From a virus (Duplodnaviria; Heunggongvirae; Uroviricota; Caudoviricetes), in IMG/VR virus record IMGVR_UViG_2671181134_000011: 17,913 nucleotides of DNA. The stretch is one strand, 5' to 3'. The notes under the pieces were generated by a model. The model searched no databases and was not told the DNA's origin. It worked only from the letters and a program-made list of their open reading frames with translations. Positions 1 to 7,357 of the stretch are shown here, one piece after another. The position numbers and the translations under genes were made by a program. Every line of letters starts with the position of its first letter. Position 1 is the stretch's first letter.

Positions 1-1917
1 CCCCGTGATATCTGTCAGCGTCAGCGTATCTGCTGTAAAGCCATCATTTGTCCACATCACAAGGTCAAATGCCGTCTGCTCTGCACCATCAATCACCGGA
101 ACAACTCTTTCGCTGTTATTTCCCGCAAAGCGGAAAACAACCGTATGCCAGTTATGGTCAAACGTACCAAATGTACCCAGTTGTGCATTCGAGGAGCCCT
201 TCTGGTGCATCAGATTAAGATTTGATGTATCCGTCTGAAGGAAGAATGATGCCAGCATACTGTTTGCTGTCGCGCCTGACGCCCACTGCGACACCGGCCA
301 GTAGATACCAAAGACAAACTGTCCGTTCACCAGCTCGCTTCCATCCGGAATTTTGAACCGTACGGCAATTTCCCCCCCCTTGCTGAGAAGATTTTTTGCC
401 TCCTCCACTGCAATAGTACGGAACATTTTCCAGGACGTCAGTTTACCGGGCTGTTTTTCCAGTCGCAGCGCTTTCCGTCCACCGTCATCAGTCACAGTGC
501 CTTTGCCGCCGGAAGCGCCCCACTGCTGCTCTGTCAATGCACCATTTCCACTGTTCGCATCATATTCAGCCACCGTCCTGGTACTGCTCACGGCCTCATC
601 ATGACCAGTACCAGCAACACCGCCATCCTGCGGTTTCTCAACATCCGGTGTCCCCGGACTGACAGGCGTTGTACCACCCGACTGCGGTGCGCTCTGCCCG
701 GTAAGGAACGATAATGTCCGCCCGGCGTACTGCAAAATGGCACCTGCCAGGCGGTCTGAAACAAGGCCTCTTCGCGCCCATGAACTGAAGTGCGTTTTAC
801 GATCGGCTGCCGTCCAGTTACTGGCAGTGCGTGACGCAGCGCCATAGTATCCCGCCGGGATAATGTCCGGATCTTCTGACGGCTCGTTTGTCGGCACATT
901 CACACCATGCTCATCCGTCATCAACGGCACAAAGTGAATATTCTGCGCAGCTTTTCCTTTATACCCACCGTAAACCGCCTCATACGGCACTGCATACCTT
1001 TCCTTCCAGTAGTACGTGGTATCACCGCAAATCCACGGGACGCTGGCCGTTGTCCCGCCAGTACACTGCTCTGCCACATCTGCCAGTTCCGTACGGAACT
1101 GATTTACCATGGCAAGGAAAAGCGCATTGTGTTCTGCATGTCTCCCCGAACTGACATCTTTTTCTCCCTGCATCCAGATCACTGATAACAGCACGTTCTT
1201 CGGATTTTTCTTCAGGGCCGCACGGGTTCTGCTGACCAGGTCATGATACAGCGGTTTATCCGCCCCCCACAGGGACGAGCCTGCGGTCGCTCCCGACGCT
1301 TCGTTAAACGCCCCCTCGGCCCCCGCAGTAAATCCCGAATCGCCACGGCCACATGGAACAAGAAGGATACCCGCATTCGCAGGCATAAACGGCAGCAGCT
1401 TTTTGGCAACATGCAGAGCATGCCCCACACAACCGTACTGTCCCTTACTCAGGTCTGCATGAGGATGATTCAGGTTACTCATATCCTGCACATCATGCAG
1501 ACAGTGGTCTGCCGGAATGATGTCGTTATATTTACAGGCGGCACCACCCGGCGTCACCGTACTGCGACGCGCCAGCTGTTTAATACGCGGGTCCGGACGG
1601 TCATATGTCTCCGGCAGCGGCAGCCCTTCACCAAAAGACATTGAGTTTGACTGCCCCGCCAGAACAACAACAAAGTAATACTCCGGTTCGCTGGTGGTGC
1701 TGATAACTGTGCCTTCTCCATCCGACGGCTTCACCACCACAGGTGTGGTGACATCACCTTCTGCGACAATCGCCTGAATAAGTGCTGCGCCATCATCCGT
1801 ATACGAAGAAAACGGCCCGCCGTATGGTTGCCATCCTTCACGAATTTTTTGAGCAAGCGCATCCGCAAGGTCTGACGGCGATGCCGCCCTGACCACATCA
1901 TAGTGTTTAAATGCCAT
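1..1917 (-). CDS. NanS-p-like prophage sialate O-acetylesterase (SGNH/SASA family), 3' end beyond window
   Basis: Minus frame is open from ATG at 1915-1917 (GGGAGG SD 5 nt upstream) to position 1, 639 codons with no stop. Hand translation starts MAFKHYDVVRAASPSDLADAL and contains the SGNH block I motif VVLAGQSNSMSFG. Size and position downstream of Q match NanS-p esterases of E. coli lambdoid prophages. Confidence 0.7.
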   Translation of the reverse strand, partial: MAFKHYDVVRAASPSDLADALAQKIREGWQPYGGPFSSYTDDGAALIQAIVAEGDVTTPVVVKPSDGEGTVISTTSEPEYYFVVVLAGQSNSMSFGEGLPLPETYDRPDPRIKQLARRSTVTPGGAACKYNDIIPADHCLHDVQDMSNLNHPHADLSKGQYGCVGHALHVAKKLLPFMPANAGILLVPCGRGDSGFTAGAEGAFNEASGATAGSSLWGADKPLYHDLVSRTRAALKKNPKNVLLSVIWMQGEKDVSSGRHAEHNALFLAMVNQFRTELADVAEQCTGGTTASVPWICGDTTYYWKERYAVPYEAVYGGYKGKAAQNIHFVPLMTDEHGVNVPTNEPSEDPDIIPAGYYGAASRTASNWTAADRKTHFSSWARRGLVSDRLAGAILQYAGRTLSFLTGQSAPQSGGTTPVSPGTPDVEKPQDGGVAGTGHDEAVSSTRTVAEYDANSGNGALTEQQWGASGGKGTVTDDGGRKALRLEKQPGKLTSWKMFRTIAVEEAKNLLSKGGEIAVRFKIPDGSELVNGQFVFGIYWPVSQWASGATANSMLASFFLQTDTSNLNLMHQKGSSNAQLGTFGTFDHNWHTVVFRFAGNNSERVVPVIDGAEQTAFDLVMWTNDGFTADTLTLTDITG

Positions 1918-2219
1918 GAATCCTCCCGGCCGGGATAATATTGTGAGTAAAATAAGGAGCGGGCTGAAGTCCGGAAGTTACAGGACAATGGCAGAAGGGA
2001 GACGACAGCCCGCAATTCGAAAAAGACCGCGCAGTTGCGCAGCCTTATGAATTCTGGTTAAAATCCATTCGATTATAAAAATGTATATCTCATGCTGTTG
2101 CCCGAACCCACTCAGGCTTTTTTTTGCCCACAAGAAAGCCCCTCCGGAGAGGGGCTGGAGAGTGGCGCTATGTGCCATTGCATGGTGCCGGTTGCCTCCC
2201 GGTGAGTTCAGTATCAGCA

Positions 2220-2261
2220 NNNNNNNNNNNNNNNNNNNNNNNNNNNNNNNNNNNNNNNNNN
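2220..2261. other. Assembly gap (run of 42 N)
   Basis: Literal N characters in the sequence. Confidence 0.95.
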
Positions 2262-2304
2262 ACGGGAAAGCAACAACCACCACACCCATCAGCCGCCCAT
2301 TTAC

Positions 2305-2336
2305 CACAAATAAAAAAGCCTTCAGGACTGAAGGCG
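2305..2336 (-). terminator. Intrinsic terminator (minus strand) overlapping the stop of the 65-aa ORF
   Basis: Perfect hairpin gccttcag/gac/ctgaaggc at 2318-2335; the plus-strand A-run aaataaaaaa at 2308-2317 gives a U-run 3' of the stem on the minus transcript. Confidence 0.4.
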
Positions 2337-2519
2337 TCTGTAACAACCGAACTGATAGTCTGCCAGCCCAGCCATAACAAGCTGGGTCAGTATTAACTGA
2401 CAGCGTTCGCGTGAAAGGTACGTATTCTGTGCAATCTCCCCGACTGTCGCCGGTTCGGTGACGCTTAATTCATTAAACACCACTCTGGCGGTTTCGGTCA
2501 TATCCTGCTGTTTCAGCAT
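2322..2519 (-). CDS. Hypothetical small protein (65 aa), first ORF downstream of the pR'-like promoter and terminator
   Basis: Internal ATG at 2517-2519 with upstream AAAGGGAAAAAGAC. The ORF-track start at 2642 is a GTG inside the upstream terminator stem, so the shorter model is preferred. No recognisable motif. Confidence 0.3.
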   Translation of the reverse strand: MLKQQDMTETARVVFNELSVTEPATVGEIAQNTYLSRERCQLILTQLVMAGLADYQFGCYRRLQS

Positions 2520-2640
2520 GTCTTTTTCCCTTTTCCGGTTAACGTGACACACCAATAACTCTTGTCGAAAAAGCCAGCAAGCTGAAAGAACGGTATTAAT
2601 AACCACCAGCGAATTTATTGCGCTGCTGTATATTACGGAC

Positions 2641-2664
2641 ACAAAAAAACCACCTTCCGGTGGC
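2641..2664 (-). terminator. tR'-like intrinsic terminator just downstream of the Q-like gene
   Basis: Minus-strand RNA would read GCCACC-GGAA-GGUGG followed by UUUUUUUGU (plus-strand ccaccttccggtgg at 2650-2663, A-run at 2641-2649). Confidence 0.5.
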
Positions 2665-2725
2665 TTCCTTGTGCGAAAAAAACTTGCATTTCGCCTCGCG
2701 ATACAGCCTTGCGAAGCTTATACGG

Positions 2726-2754
2726 ATTGAAGCAGTTTATTGATCAGTTTGCAA
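2726..2754 (-). promoter_or_regulatory. Candidate late promoter (pR'-like) overlapping the 3' end of the Q-like gene
   Basis: On minus strand: -35 TTGCAA (plus 2749-2754), 17-nt spacer, -10 TTCAAT (plus 2726-2731). It lies ~60-80 nt upstream of the tR'-like terminator, as expected for a Q-utilisation promoter-terminator unit. Confidence 0.3.
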
Positions 2755-3309
2755 CATTTTTTTCTCTGTAACAAAAGCCATACGCATGGGGGCATGTAAC
2801 ATAAATTCAGATATCCCCAACCACTGATCAATTCGGCGTCTGCACGTAACCAACGTCCACTCAGGATGATCTGCATTTAACCTTTCGGCCATTTTCAGTT
2901 TGCTCATTCCCCGTCCTTCGTACCTTTGCCGGAGAATATTGATTAGTCCGGGATATTCCCCAAGCACCTCACTGATAACGCGATCAATAATCAACGCCTC
3001 TGTGTCTGTACAATGTGACAACCAGCTCTTCTGCTTCCCTCTGGTCATATCCCGAAAAAATGCCTCAAGTTCCGGTTTTTCCAGCCCGGATTTCTTCATT
3101 CTGCGTAAAACCTCATTAACTGCTGTTTTCGTCAGCTTTTTCGAAACCAGTAACCGGTTAAACATATTTCCGTATTTACCCCCACCGATATACGACCACC
3201 GCCCCCACATCCGTAATTTCCCCTGGATCCAGACTGCTTCCAGCGTGTTCAGGCGTAAATGTTCGCCGCTTTTGCCTGTAATTTCCGGATATATCATATT
3301 TACGCTCAC
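2737..3309 (-). CDS. Putative late-gene antiterminator Q (assigned by position; family not recognised by eye)
   Basis: 190-codon ORF immediately 3' of rusA (GTGA start/stop overlap at 3306-3309; alternative ATG at 3295-3297) and immediately 5' of the pR'-like promoter and terminator. No Zn-finger motif seen, so family assignment is uncertain. Confidence 0.5.
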   Translation of the reverse strand: MSVNMIYPEITGKSGEHLRLNTLEAVWIQGKLRMWGRWSYIGGGKYGNMFNRLLVSKKLTKTAVNEVLRRMKKSGLEKPELEAFFRDMTRGKQKSWLSHCTDTEALIIDRVISEVLGEYPGLINILRQRYEGRGMSKLKMAERLNADHPEWTLVTCRRRIDQWLGISEFMLHAPMRMAFVTEKKMLQTDQ

Positions 3310-3665
3310 TCACTCTCAATTTTGTAAATCTTCACACCCAGCCGACCACCAAGAACAAGCTGACCACGTACAATATTGATTTCATCAAACTGCTCATCGT
3401 CCATTAACAACCCCGCATGCGTAAGCGCATCCAGCGGTGCTTTCAGAATATTGTCCAGGTCACGGCGGCGCTTATCCGGTGGTTCTGCAATAATTTTTAT
3501 TGCCAACCGTCCGGACAGGCTTAATTTCAAGCGCTGCTGGCGAACAATAAGCGCCACTGCCCGGCGATAACGCTCCCCGGCTTTTGATACAAAATATGTG
3601 CTGCCACGGCGTCGCCAGTAAGTGTTCACCGTCGGCGGGTAAGGTAAAACCAAATCTATGAGCAT
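3306..3665 (-). CDS. rusA: RusA-type Holliday junction resolvase
   Basis: 119 aa; contains PPTVNTYWR and DKRRRDLDN...DALT, closely matching the RusA signature (DRRRRDLDN in the DLP12 protein, from memory). ATG at 3663-3665. Confidence 0.85.
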   Translation of the reverse strand: MLIDLVLPYPPTVNTYWRRRGSTYFVSKAGERYRRAVALIVRQQRLKLSLSGRLAIKIIAEPPDKRRRDLDNILKAPLDALTHAGLLMDDEQFDEINIVRGQLVLGGRLGVKIYKIESE

Positions 3666-3677
3666 CAGTCACCTCTT

Positions 3678-4727
3678 TTACCCAAGCACGCCAGTTGCAA
3701 AGGCGTGATCAAGAAAACGAAAAATTAAATCAACCTGAGAACCATGCTTTTCTTCGAACGCCAGCGGATCCGCATGAAGCTCGTTATGATGCTCCCGACA
3801 CAGCGGTAGCGTGAAAATATCGTGGGCTTTTGTTCCCATTCCCCCCTGACCATGACCAATCAGGTGATGCGGATCGTCAGCTGGCTTACCACAACACGCA
3901 CACGGCTGTGTCTTTACCCAGCGCATGTATTTCTCATTAACCCAACGGCGACGTTTAGGCCGCTTCATGAACGATTCAGGAGACTCCGGATCAACGGCGA
4001 TACTGACAACCGTTTTTTTCTGTGGTGGATTTTGTTGCTGGTGGACGTGAAGTGGCAGCGCAATATTTTTTGTGCGCTGCTTCAGTATGCTGATGGCGGT
4101 CTGCTCTCCCGGTATGATGTCGCTTTCGCGATACACCGAGCGGATTTTTTCCGCACGTAACCCCAGAGAACGACGTAATACTGCCTCCGGAAGCGCGTCC
4201 GCCACCTGATTGCAGACCGCCCACCAGGATAATTCAGCCAGCGACAATTCCCGCTCCTGCGTGCCATTCATTGCATGGCGTATGACGTCAATCATCCATG
4301 CTGACAGGTTTTGATGAGCAAGTTGCCCGAGTGATTCGGATGTCTGGTCACGCAGCTGGTTGTCACAGTGCCAGCACAACACCATCGCGCCAGCGCCATA
4401 ACGGTGAATGACGGTTTCACTGTGGTGATAATCGCCGTGTGGCCACTGGCAGGATTTAACATGGCGCAGTAACCAGTCAGACAATGCGCCAGCGCCACCA
4501 GCAGCACGAATCACTCGTTCGTCGCTGAAAAATGGCAGTAATGATTTATCCTCCGCCAGCGGCTGGCGAACGGCAGGAACGACCCCGGACGGCAGATTAC
4601 GCATGCTTTTCGGTTCCGGCTCCACCAGTACCCGGGTATTTTGGAATACCGGCATGGATTCATGGCCCGGCTTAACGATCACCAGCCCGAGTTCTGGCAC
4701 AAGAACAGGTCGAAGTAATACCCGCAC
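3678..4727 (-). CDS. DUF968/YdfU-like prophage protein with C-terminal HNH-like Cys/His motif
   Basis: 349 aa; GTG start at 4725-4727 preceded by GGAGG (4 nt spacer). C-terminus has CACCGKPADDPHHLIGHGQGG...LPLCREHHNELH (Cys/His cluster). Same length and neighbourhood (hok, rem-like, Q) as Qin ydfU, recalled from memory. Confidence 0.6.
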   Translation of the reverse strand: MRVLLRPVLVPELGLVIVKPGHESMPVFQNTRVLVEPEPKSMRNLPSGVVPAVRQPLAEDKSLLPFFSDERVIRAAGGAGALSDWLLRHVKSCQWPHGDYHHSETVIHRYGAGAMVLCWHCDNQLRDQTSESLGQLAHQNLSAWMIDVIRHAMNGTQERELSLAELSWWAVCNQVADALPEAVLRRSLGLRAEKIRSVYRESDIIPGEQTAISILKQRTKNIALPLHVHQQQNPPQKKTVVSIAVDPESPESFMKRPKRRRWVNEKYMRWVKTQPCACCGKPADDPHHLIGHGQGGMGTKAHDIFTLPLCREHHNELHADPLAFEEKHGSQVDLIFRFLDHAFATGVLG

Positions 4728-4728
4728 G

Positions 4729-5007
4729 TTACCTCCAGATACGTTGCTGGAATGTGCGGGATGGACGCGGTGGGCGCTCGGAGTAAGGAAGCCTGACGGA
4801 GATTATCCAGTGACGATAATCGAGGCTGAGGGCTTTCTTAATCTCGTATCCGTGTCTGCGGTAGCACTGAATTAGCCACTCGGCCTGTTCTTCAGTGCAT
4901 GGGGGATGCTGGAACCAGTCAGATTTGAAAGTGCGGGAACGCCGCCCGTGCCTGCTGGCAAAGACGGCAGAATCATCAGAATTGTGTAATTTGGTATCGT
5001 GCGCCAT
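4729..5007 (-). CDS. Hypothetical protein, possibly rem-like (between hok and the ydfU-like gene)
   Basis: ORF-track frame 4729-5136 trimmed to the internal ATG at 5005-5007, because the upstream part overlaps the hok mRNA terminator. Weak RBS; assignment is by position only. Confidence 0.3.
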   Translation of the reverse strand: MAHDTKLHNSDDSAVFASRHGRRSRTFKSDWFQHPPCTEEQAEWLIQCYRRHGYEIKKALSLDYRHWIISVRLPYSERPPRPSRTFQQRIWR

Positions 5008-5076
5008 CGGTTGTCTCTGCTGGCGCAGCAGGTGCCAGTTGTTCAGGCTGGCGTGCGAATTGTAAACCAGAATGCC

Positions 5077-5106
5077 AGGAAAAAACAAAACCCGCCGAAG
5101 CGGGTT
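5077..5106 (-). terminator. Intrinsic terminator at the 3' end of the hok mRNA
   Basis: Minus-strand RNA: AACCCGC-UUCG-GCGGGUU followed by UUGUUUUUUCC (plus-strand stem at 5089-5106, A-run at 5080-5090). Confidence 0.6.
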
Positions 5107-5174
5107 ACGTGCGGGTGCGTTGAGGATGCCTGACATATCAGAGGTGGCGAGGGATTTCTCCCTCGCCGGGTCTC

Positions 5175-5330
5175 TTACTCCTCAGGTTCGTAAACTGTGA
5201 AGACAGCGACCTCCGTCTGGCCGGTTCGGATTCGTACCTCGCAGAGGTCTTTCCTCGTTACCAGTGCCGTCACTATGACGGTTAAACAGATGACGATCAG
5301 GGCGATTAACATCGCCTTTTGCTGCTTCAT
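5175..5330 (-). CDS. hok: Hok-family membrane toxin (51 aa)
   Basis: Translation MKQQKAMLIALIVICLTVIVTALVTRKDLCEVRIRTGQTEVAVFTVYEPEE: single TM helix and conserved C-terminal region typical of Hok/RelF. ATG at 5328-5330 with AAGGAG 10 nt upstream. The ORF track extends it in frame to an ATG at 5387. Confidence 0.8.
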   Translation of the reverse strand: MKQQKAMLIALIVICLTVIVTALVTRKDLCEVRIRTGQTEVAVFTVYEPEE

Positions 5331-5506
5331 AGCCTGCTTCTCCTTGCCTTTCGGCACGTAAGAGGCTAACCTAGATTTGCCGTTCATAGATTGAGCCTCA
5401 GATTAATGTTAAGCGTCTTGCAGGACGCGTAATGTTAACTGGGGCTTTTCTCTATCTGCCTTTTGGTATTCATGCCTGAGACAGATAGCCTCAAGCACCC
5501 GCAGCA

Positions 5507-5534
5507 ATTCTACTTAACTATCCTTTCCCCGCAA
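5507..5534 (-). promoter_or_regulatory. Candidate hok mRNA promoter
   Basis: On minus strand: -35 TTGCGG (plus 5529-5534), 16-nt spacer, -10 TAGAAT (plus 5507-5512). The predicted 5' end GGGUGCUUGAGGCU resembles the 5' end of plasmid hok mRNA as I recall it. Confidence 0.35.
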
Positions 5535-5621
5535 ATCGTTTTTATCCCCAGCGACAAATCGAATACACCACCAGCGCCACCGCCATTGCGATCCCTACCG
5601 TTGTGAATGCCTCAGGCCAGG

Positions 5622-5966
5622 TCATCGTAAAACATCCTCTGCGCTTATCAGTCCGTTTCGCTTCAGGTAGTCCATCGCCTTACCCGGCAATTTACAGTCC
5701 TGCTTCGTTTTCCTCAGTTGCCAGGTTAACTGCTTTACCAGCATGGTTAACTCGTCGACCAGACGCTGATGTCCCACTGGTTTGTATTCATGCAATTTAC
5801 CGGCTGGCTCTGCTGCCAGCGATGCCAGTGCGATTTCCAGAACAGCAATATCCATCTTATATGTGCGGATGATGTCATGGTCGTTTGTGCCCGGTATGCA
5901 CAGTCTCTGTGCTTCAATAGTCTCCTCTGCGTGAGCTATTAACTGCTCTCTGGTAAAAGTGGTCAT
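5622..5966 (-). CDS. Hypothetical nin-region protein (114 aa), paralogue of 6480-6905
   Basis: ATG at 5964-5966 overlaps the stop of the upstream gene (ATGA). N-terminus [17 protein letters not shown]...[11 protein letters not shown] parallels MTELTKEQLIEEAKLKI...KIALTSLEAEP of ORF 6480-6905. Confidence 0.5.
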   Translation of the reverse strand: MTTFTREQLIAHAEETIEAQRLCIPGTNDHDIIRTYKMDIAVLEIALASLAAEPAGKLHEYKPVGHQRLVDELTMLVKQLTWQLRKTKQDCKLPGKAMDYLKRNGLISAEDVLR

Positions 5967-6478
5967 GCCGCGCTTCCTTCTTGCTTATTAACGATTACAC
6001 CGTCATATATTTCATTAAGGTGTCCCCTCAACTCCATGCGCCTTAATGCAGACAACATGTAATCGCATTCAACCTGCTTATTTCCAGTAAATGGCTTATC
6101 GTCAGGATCACCCCAACAGCAATTACCCTTGGGCCACCCATGTACTTTCCGTACTCTTCCGTTAACAACGTGAAGTAATCCCCAGCCAGGTGGTAAATCC
6201 TCAATTGAAATAATTCCCGGCTCACTAATAAAGAATCTCCAGTCGCCCATGCCAAGAGAGGGATTTTTACGGAAACGCTTTTTTCTATCTGCCAACAAGT
6301 CAGCACGAGAACACTTCGCCTCTATCAGGCATGATGCTGAATTTCTGAATCCCATAGCATCTGGTTGTTCTCCAGTACTGGTTACAGCAACAAAGCGGTC
6401 ATGAAAGCAAACCTTGAACCCGTTGCGCTTAAGGAACCTGTACGCAATCTGACAGAGTTCGCGGTGTGTTAACGCCAT
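5963..6478 (-). CDS. Putative PD-(D/E)xK-fold nuclease (171 aa)
   Basis: Contains GEQPDAMGF-x8-LIEAK, a PD...ExK arrangement with an upstream acidic residue (HDRFVAV). ATG at 6476-6478. Confidence 0.5.
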   Translation of the reverse strand: MALTHRELCQIAYRFLKRNGFKVCFHDRFVAVTSTGEQPDAMGFRNSASCLIEAKCSRADLLADRKKRFRKNPSLGMGDWRFFISEPGIISIEDLPPGWGLLHVVNGRVRKVHGWPKGNCCWGDPDDKPFTGNKQVECDYMLSALRRMELRGHLNEIYDGVIVNKQEGSAA

Positions 6479-6479
6479 C

Positions 6480-6905
6480 TCATTCTCCTTTGATGCGAAT
6501 GTTTACAACCTGACAAACCTCTTTGAGTACCCAGTCAACAGCGTCTTTCCACGCTCCAGTCTCAACTGGCGGATTCTCACGTTTTACTTGTTCATAGAAG
6601 TGCACAGCTTTAACCAGTCCTTCAGGTACTACAGGCACTGGCGGCATGCGATACAATGGAGTAACACAACGCGAAGCCTCATATTTATCTGACGGACGCT
6701 GAAATATCTCACCGAACCCATATTTTTCAATATCTCGCAGTTCCTCGTCGTCAGTCCATGCCACCGGTTCTGCTTCCAGCGATGTCAGTGCAATTTTGAA
6801 TAACTCACCCTCTACTCGTGCCACGCCTGAATTGGGATGGCATTTCGCAATCGCTATTTTTAATTTGGCTTCTTCGATTAATTGCTCTTTTGTTAATTCA
6901 GTCAT
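6480..6905 (-). CDS. Hypothetical nin-region protein (141 aa), paralogue of 5622-5966
   Basis: ATG at 6903-6905. Shared N-terminal motif with ORF 5622-5966, with nucleotide-level similarity (tgcttccagcgatgtcagtgcaatt vs tgctgccagcgatgccagtgcgatt). Ends in IRIKGE encoded by an 18-bp repeat. Confidence 0.55.
   Translation of the reverse strand: MTELTKEQLIEEAKLKIAIAKCHPNSGVARVEGELFKIALTSLEAEPVAWTDDEELRDIEKYGFGEIFQRPSDKYEASRCVTPLYRMPPVPVVPEGLVKAVHFYEQVKRENPPVETGAWKDAVDWVLKEVCQVVNIRIKGE
6484..6501. repeat. 18-bp direct repeat tctcctttgatgcgaatg, copy 1 (gene junction)
   Basis: Identical 18-mer recurs at 7363-7380; on the minus strand it encodes IRIKGE at the C-terminus of the upstream gene. Confidence 0.8.
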
Positions 6906-7000
6906 TTTTCATTACCGCTCTTTCTGGCGGCCTCCTGATGTTCTGAGGGTGCAGAAATCCCTCCGGCTAAGGATTAAATTTTTAACAGTTCTAAATTTAA

Positions 7001-7357
7001 TTATTCAGTTCTGGATTTTGTCGCCCTGCGTATCCGCGCTTTCGCGTTACGCTCAATCTGAATTAGCTTTTCTATATTTTTTCGCCTTTCCCGCTCCTCC
7101 TGGCGCAAGTGCCTTACATCATCTGCCAGTCTGGTTTCTCTTTTCGCCACAGAGAGCATCCAGTCAAATGGCTCCACAACTGCACCGCAGATTTTACAGC
7201 GGACCTGACGCTCTTTTTCGTCAACCAGGACAGAGGCGTGATGACAATATGGTCTTTCCGATGGCTCATAAAGAAAATTAACCTGATTACGAGGGTCATC
7301 CTCTTTTACCGGAAATAAAACGATATTGCTTAACTCATCCTCTGGTTTTATTTCCAT
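7001..7357 (-). CDS. Hypothetical Cys/His-motif protein (118 aa) with basic C-terminal tail
   Basis: ATG at 7355-7357 preceded by GGAGAGGAG. Motif PYCHH-x15-CKICG, then a K/R/E-rich C-terminus (RQEERERRKNIEKLIQIERNAKARIRR). Confidence 0.5.
   Translation of the reverse strand: MEIKPEDELSNIVLFPVKEDDPRNQVNFLYEPSERPYCHHASVLVDEKERQVRCKICGAVVEPFDWMLSVAKRETRLADDVRHLRQEERERRKNIEKLIQIERNAKARIRRATKSRTE

Noticed and set aside
5-1644. Plus-strand ORFs inside 1-1917 (5-238, 353-604, 888-1154, 907-1185, 1243-1644) and short minus-strand ORFs in other frames (588-899, 1212-1430, 1731-2015)
   Set aside because: The minus strand has one uninterrupted 639-codon frame from ATG 1917 to the window edge with a strong SD and an SGNH-esterase motif; these ORFs are antisense or out-of-frame shadows of it.
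1978-2396. ORFs 1978-2346, 2081-2377, 2124-2396 and 2168-2380 spanning the N-run
   Set aside because: Their translations run through 42 undetermined bases (X stretches), so they are artefacts of treating N as codable.
2322-2642. Longer 106-aa version of the small late ORF
   Set aside because: Its start is a GTG lying inside the tR'-like terminator hairpin; the internal ATG at 2519 with an upstream purine-rich stretch is more plausible.
1918-2736. tRNA genes or stxAB between Q and nanS, as found in Stx phages
   Set aside because: No T-loop-like GGTTCGAATCC-type motif or cloverleaf-sized element found by eye, and no ORFs of stxA/stxB size; anything inside the 42-N gap cannot be assessed.
4729-5136. 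Full 135-aa ORF upstream-extended version of the rem-like gene
   Set aside because: The N-terminal 43 codons overlap the hok mRNA intrinsic terminator on the same strand; trimmed to the internal ATG at 5007.
5175-5387. 70-aa ORF as the Hok coding sequence
   Set aside because: Hok-family toxins are ~50 aa and the internal ATG at 5330 has a canonical AAGGAG SD; the upstream extension is kept only as a mok-like observation.
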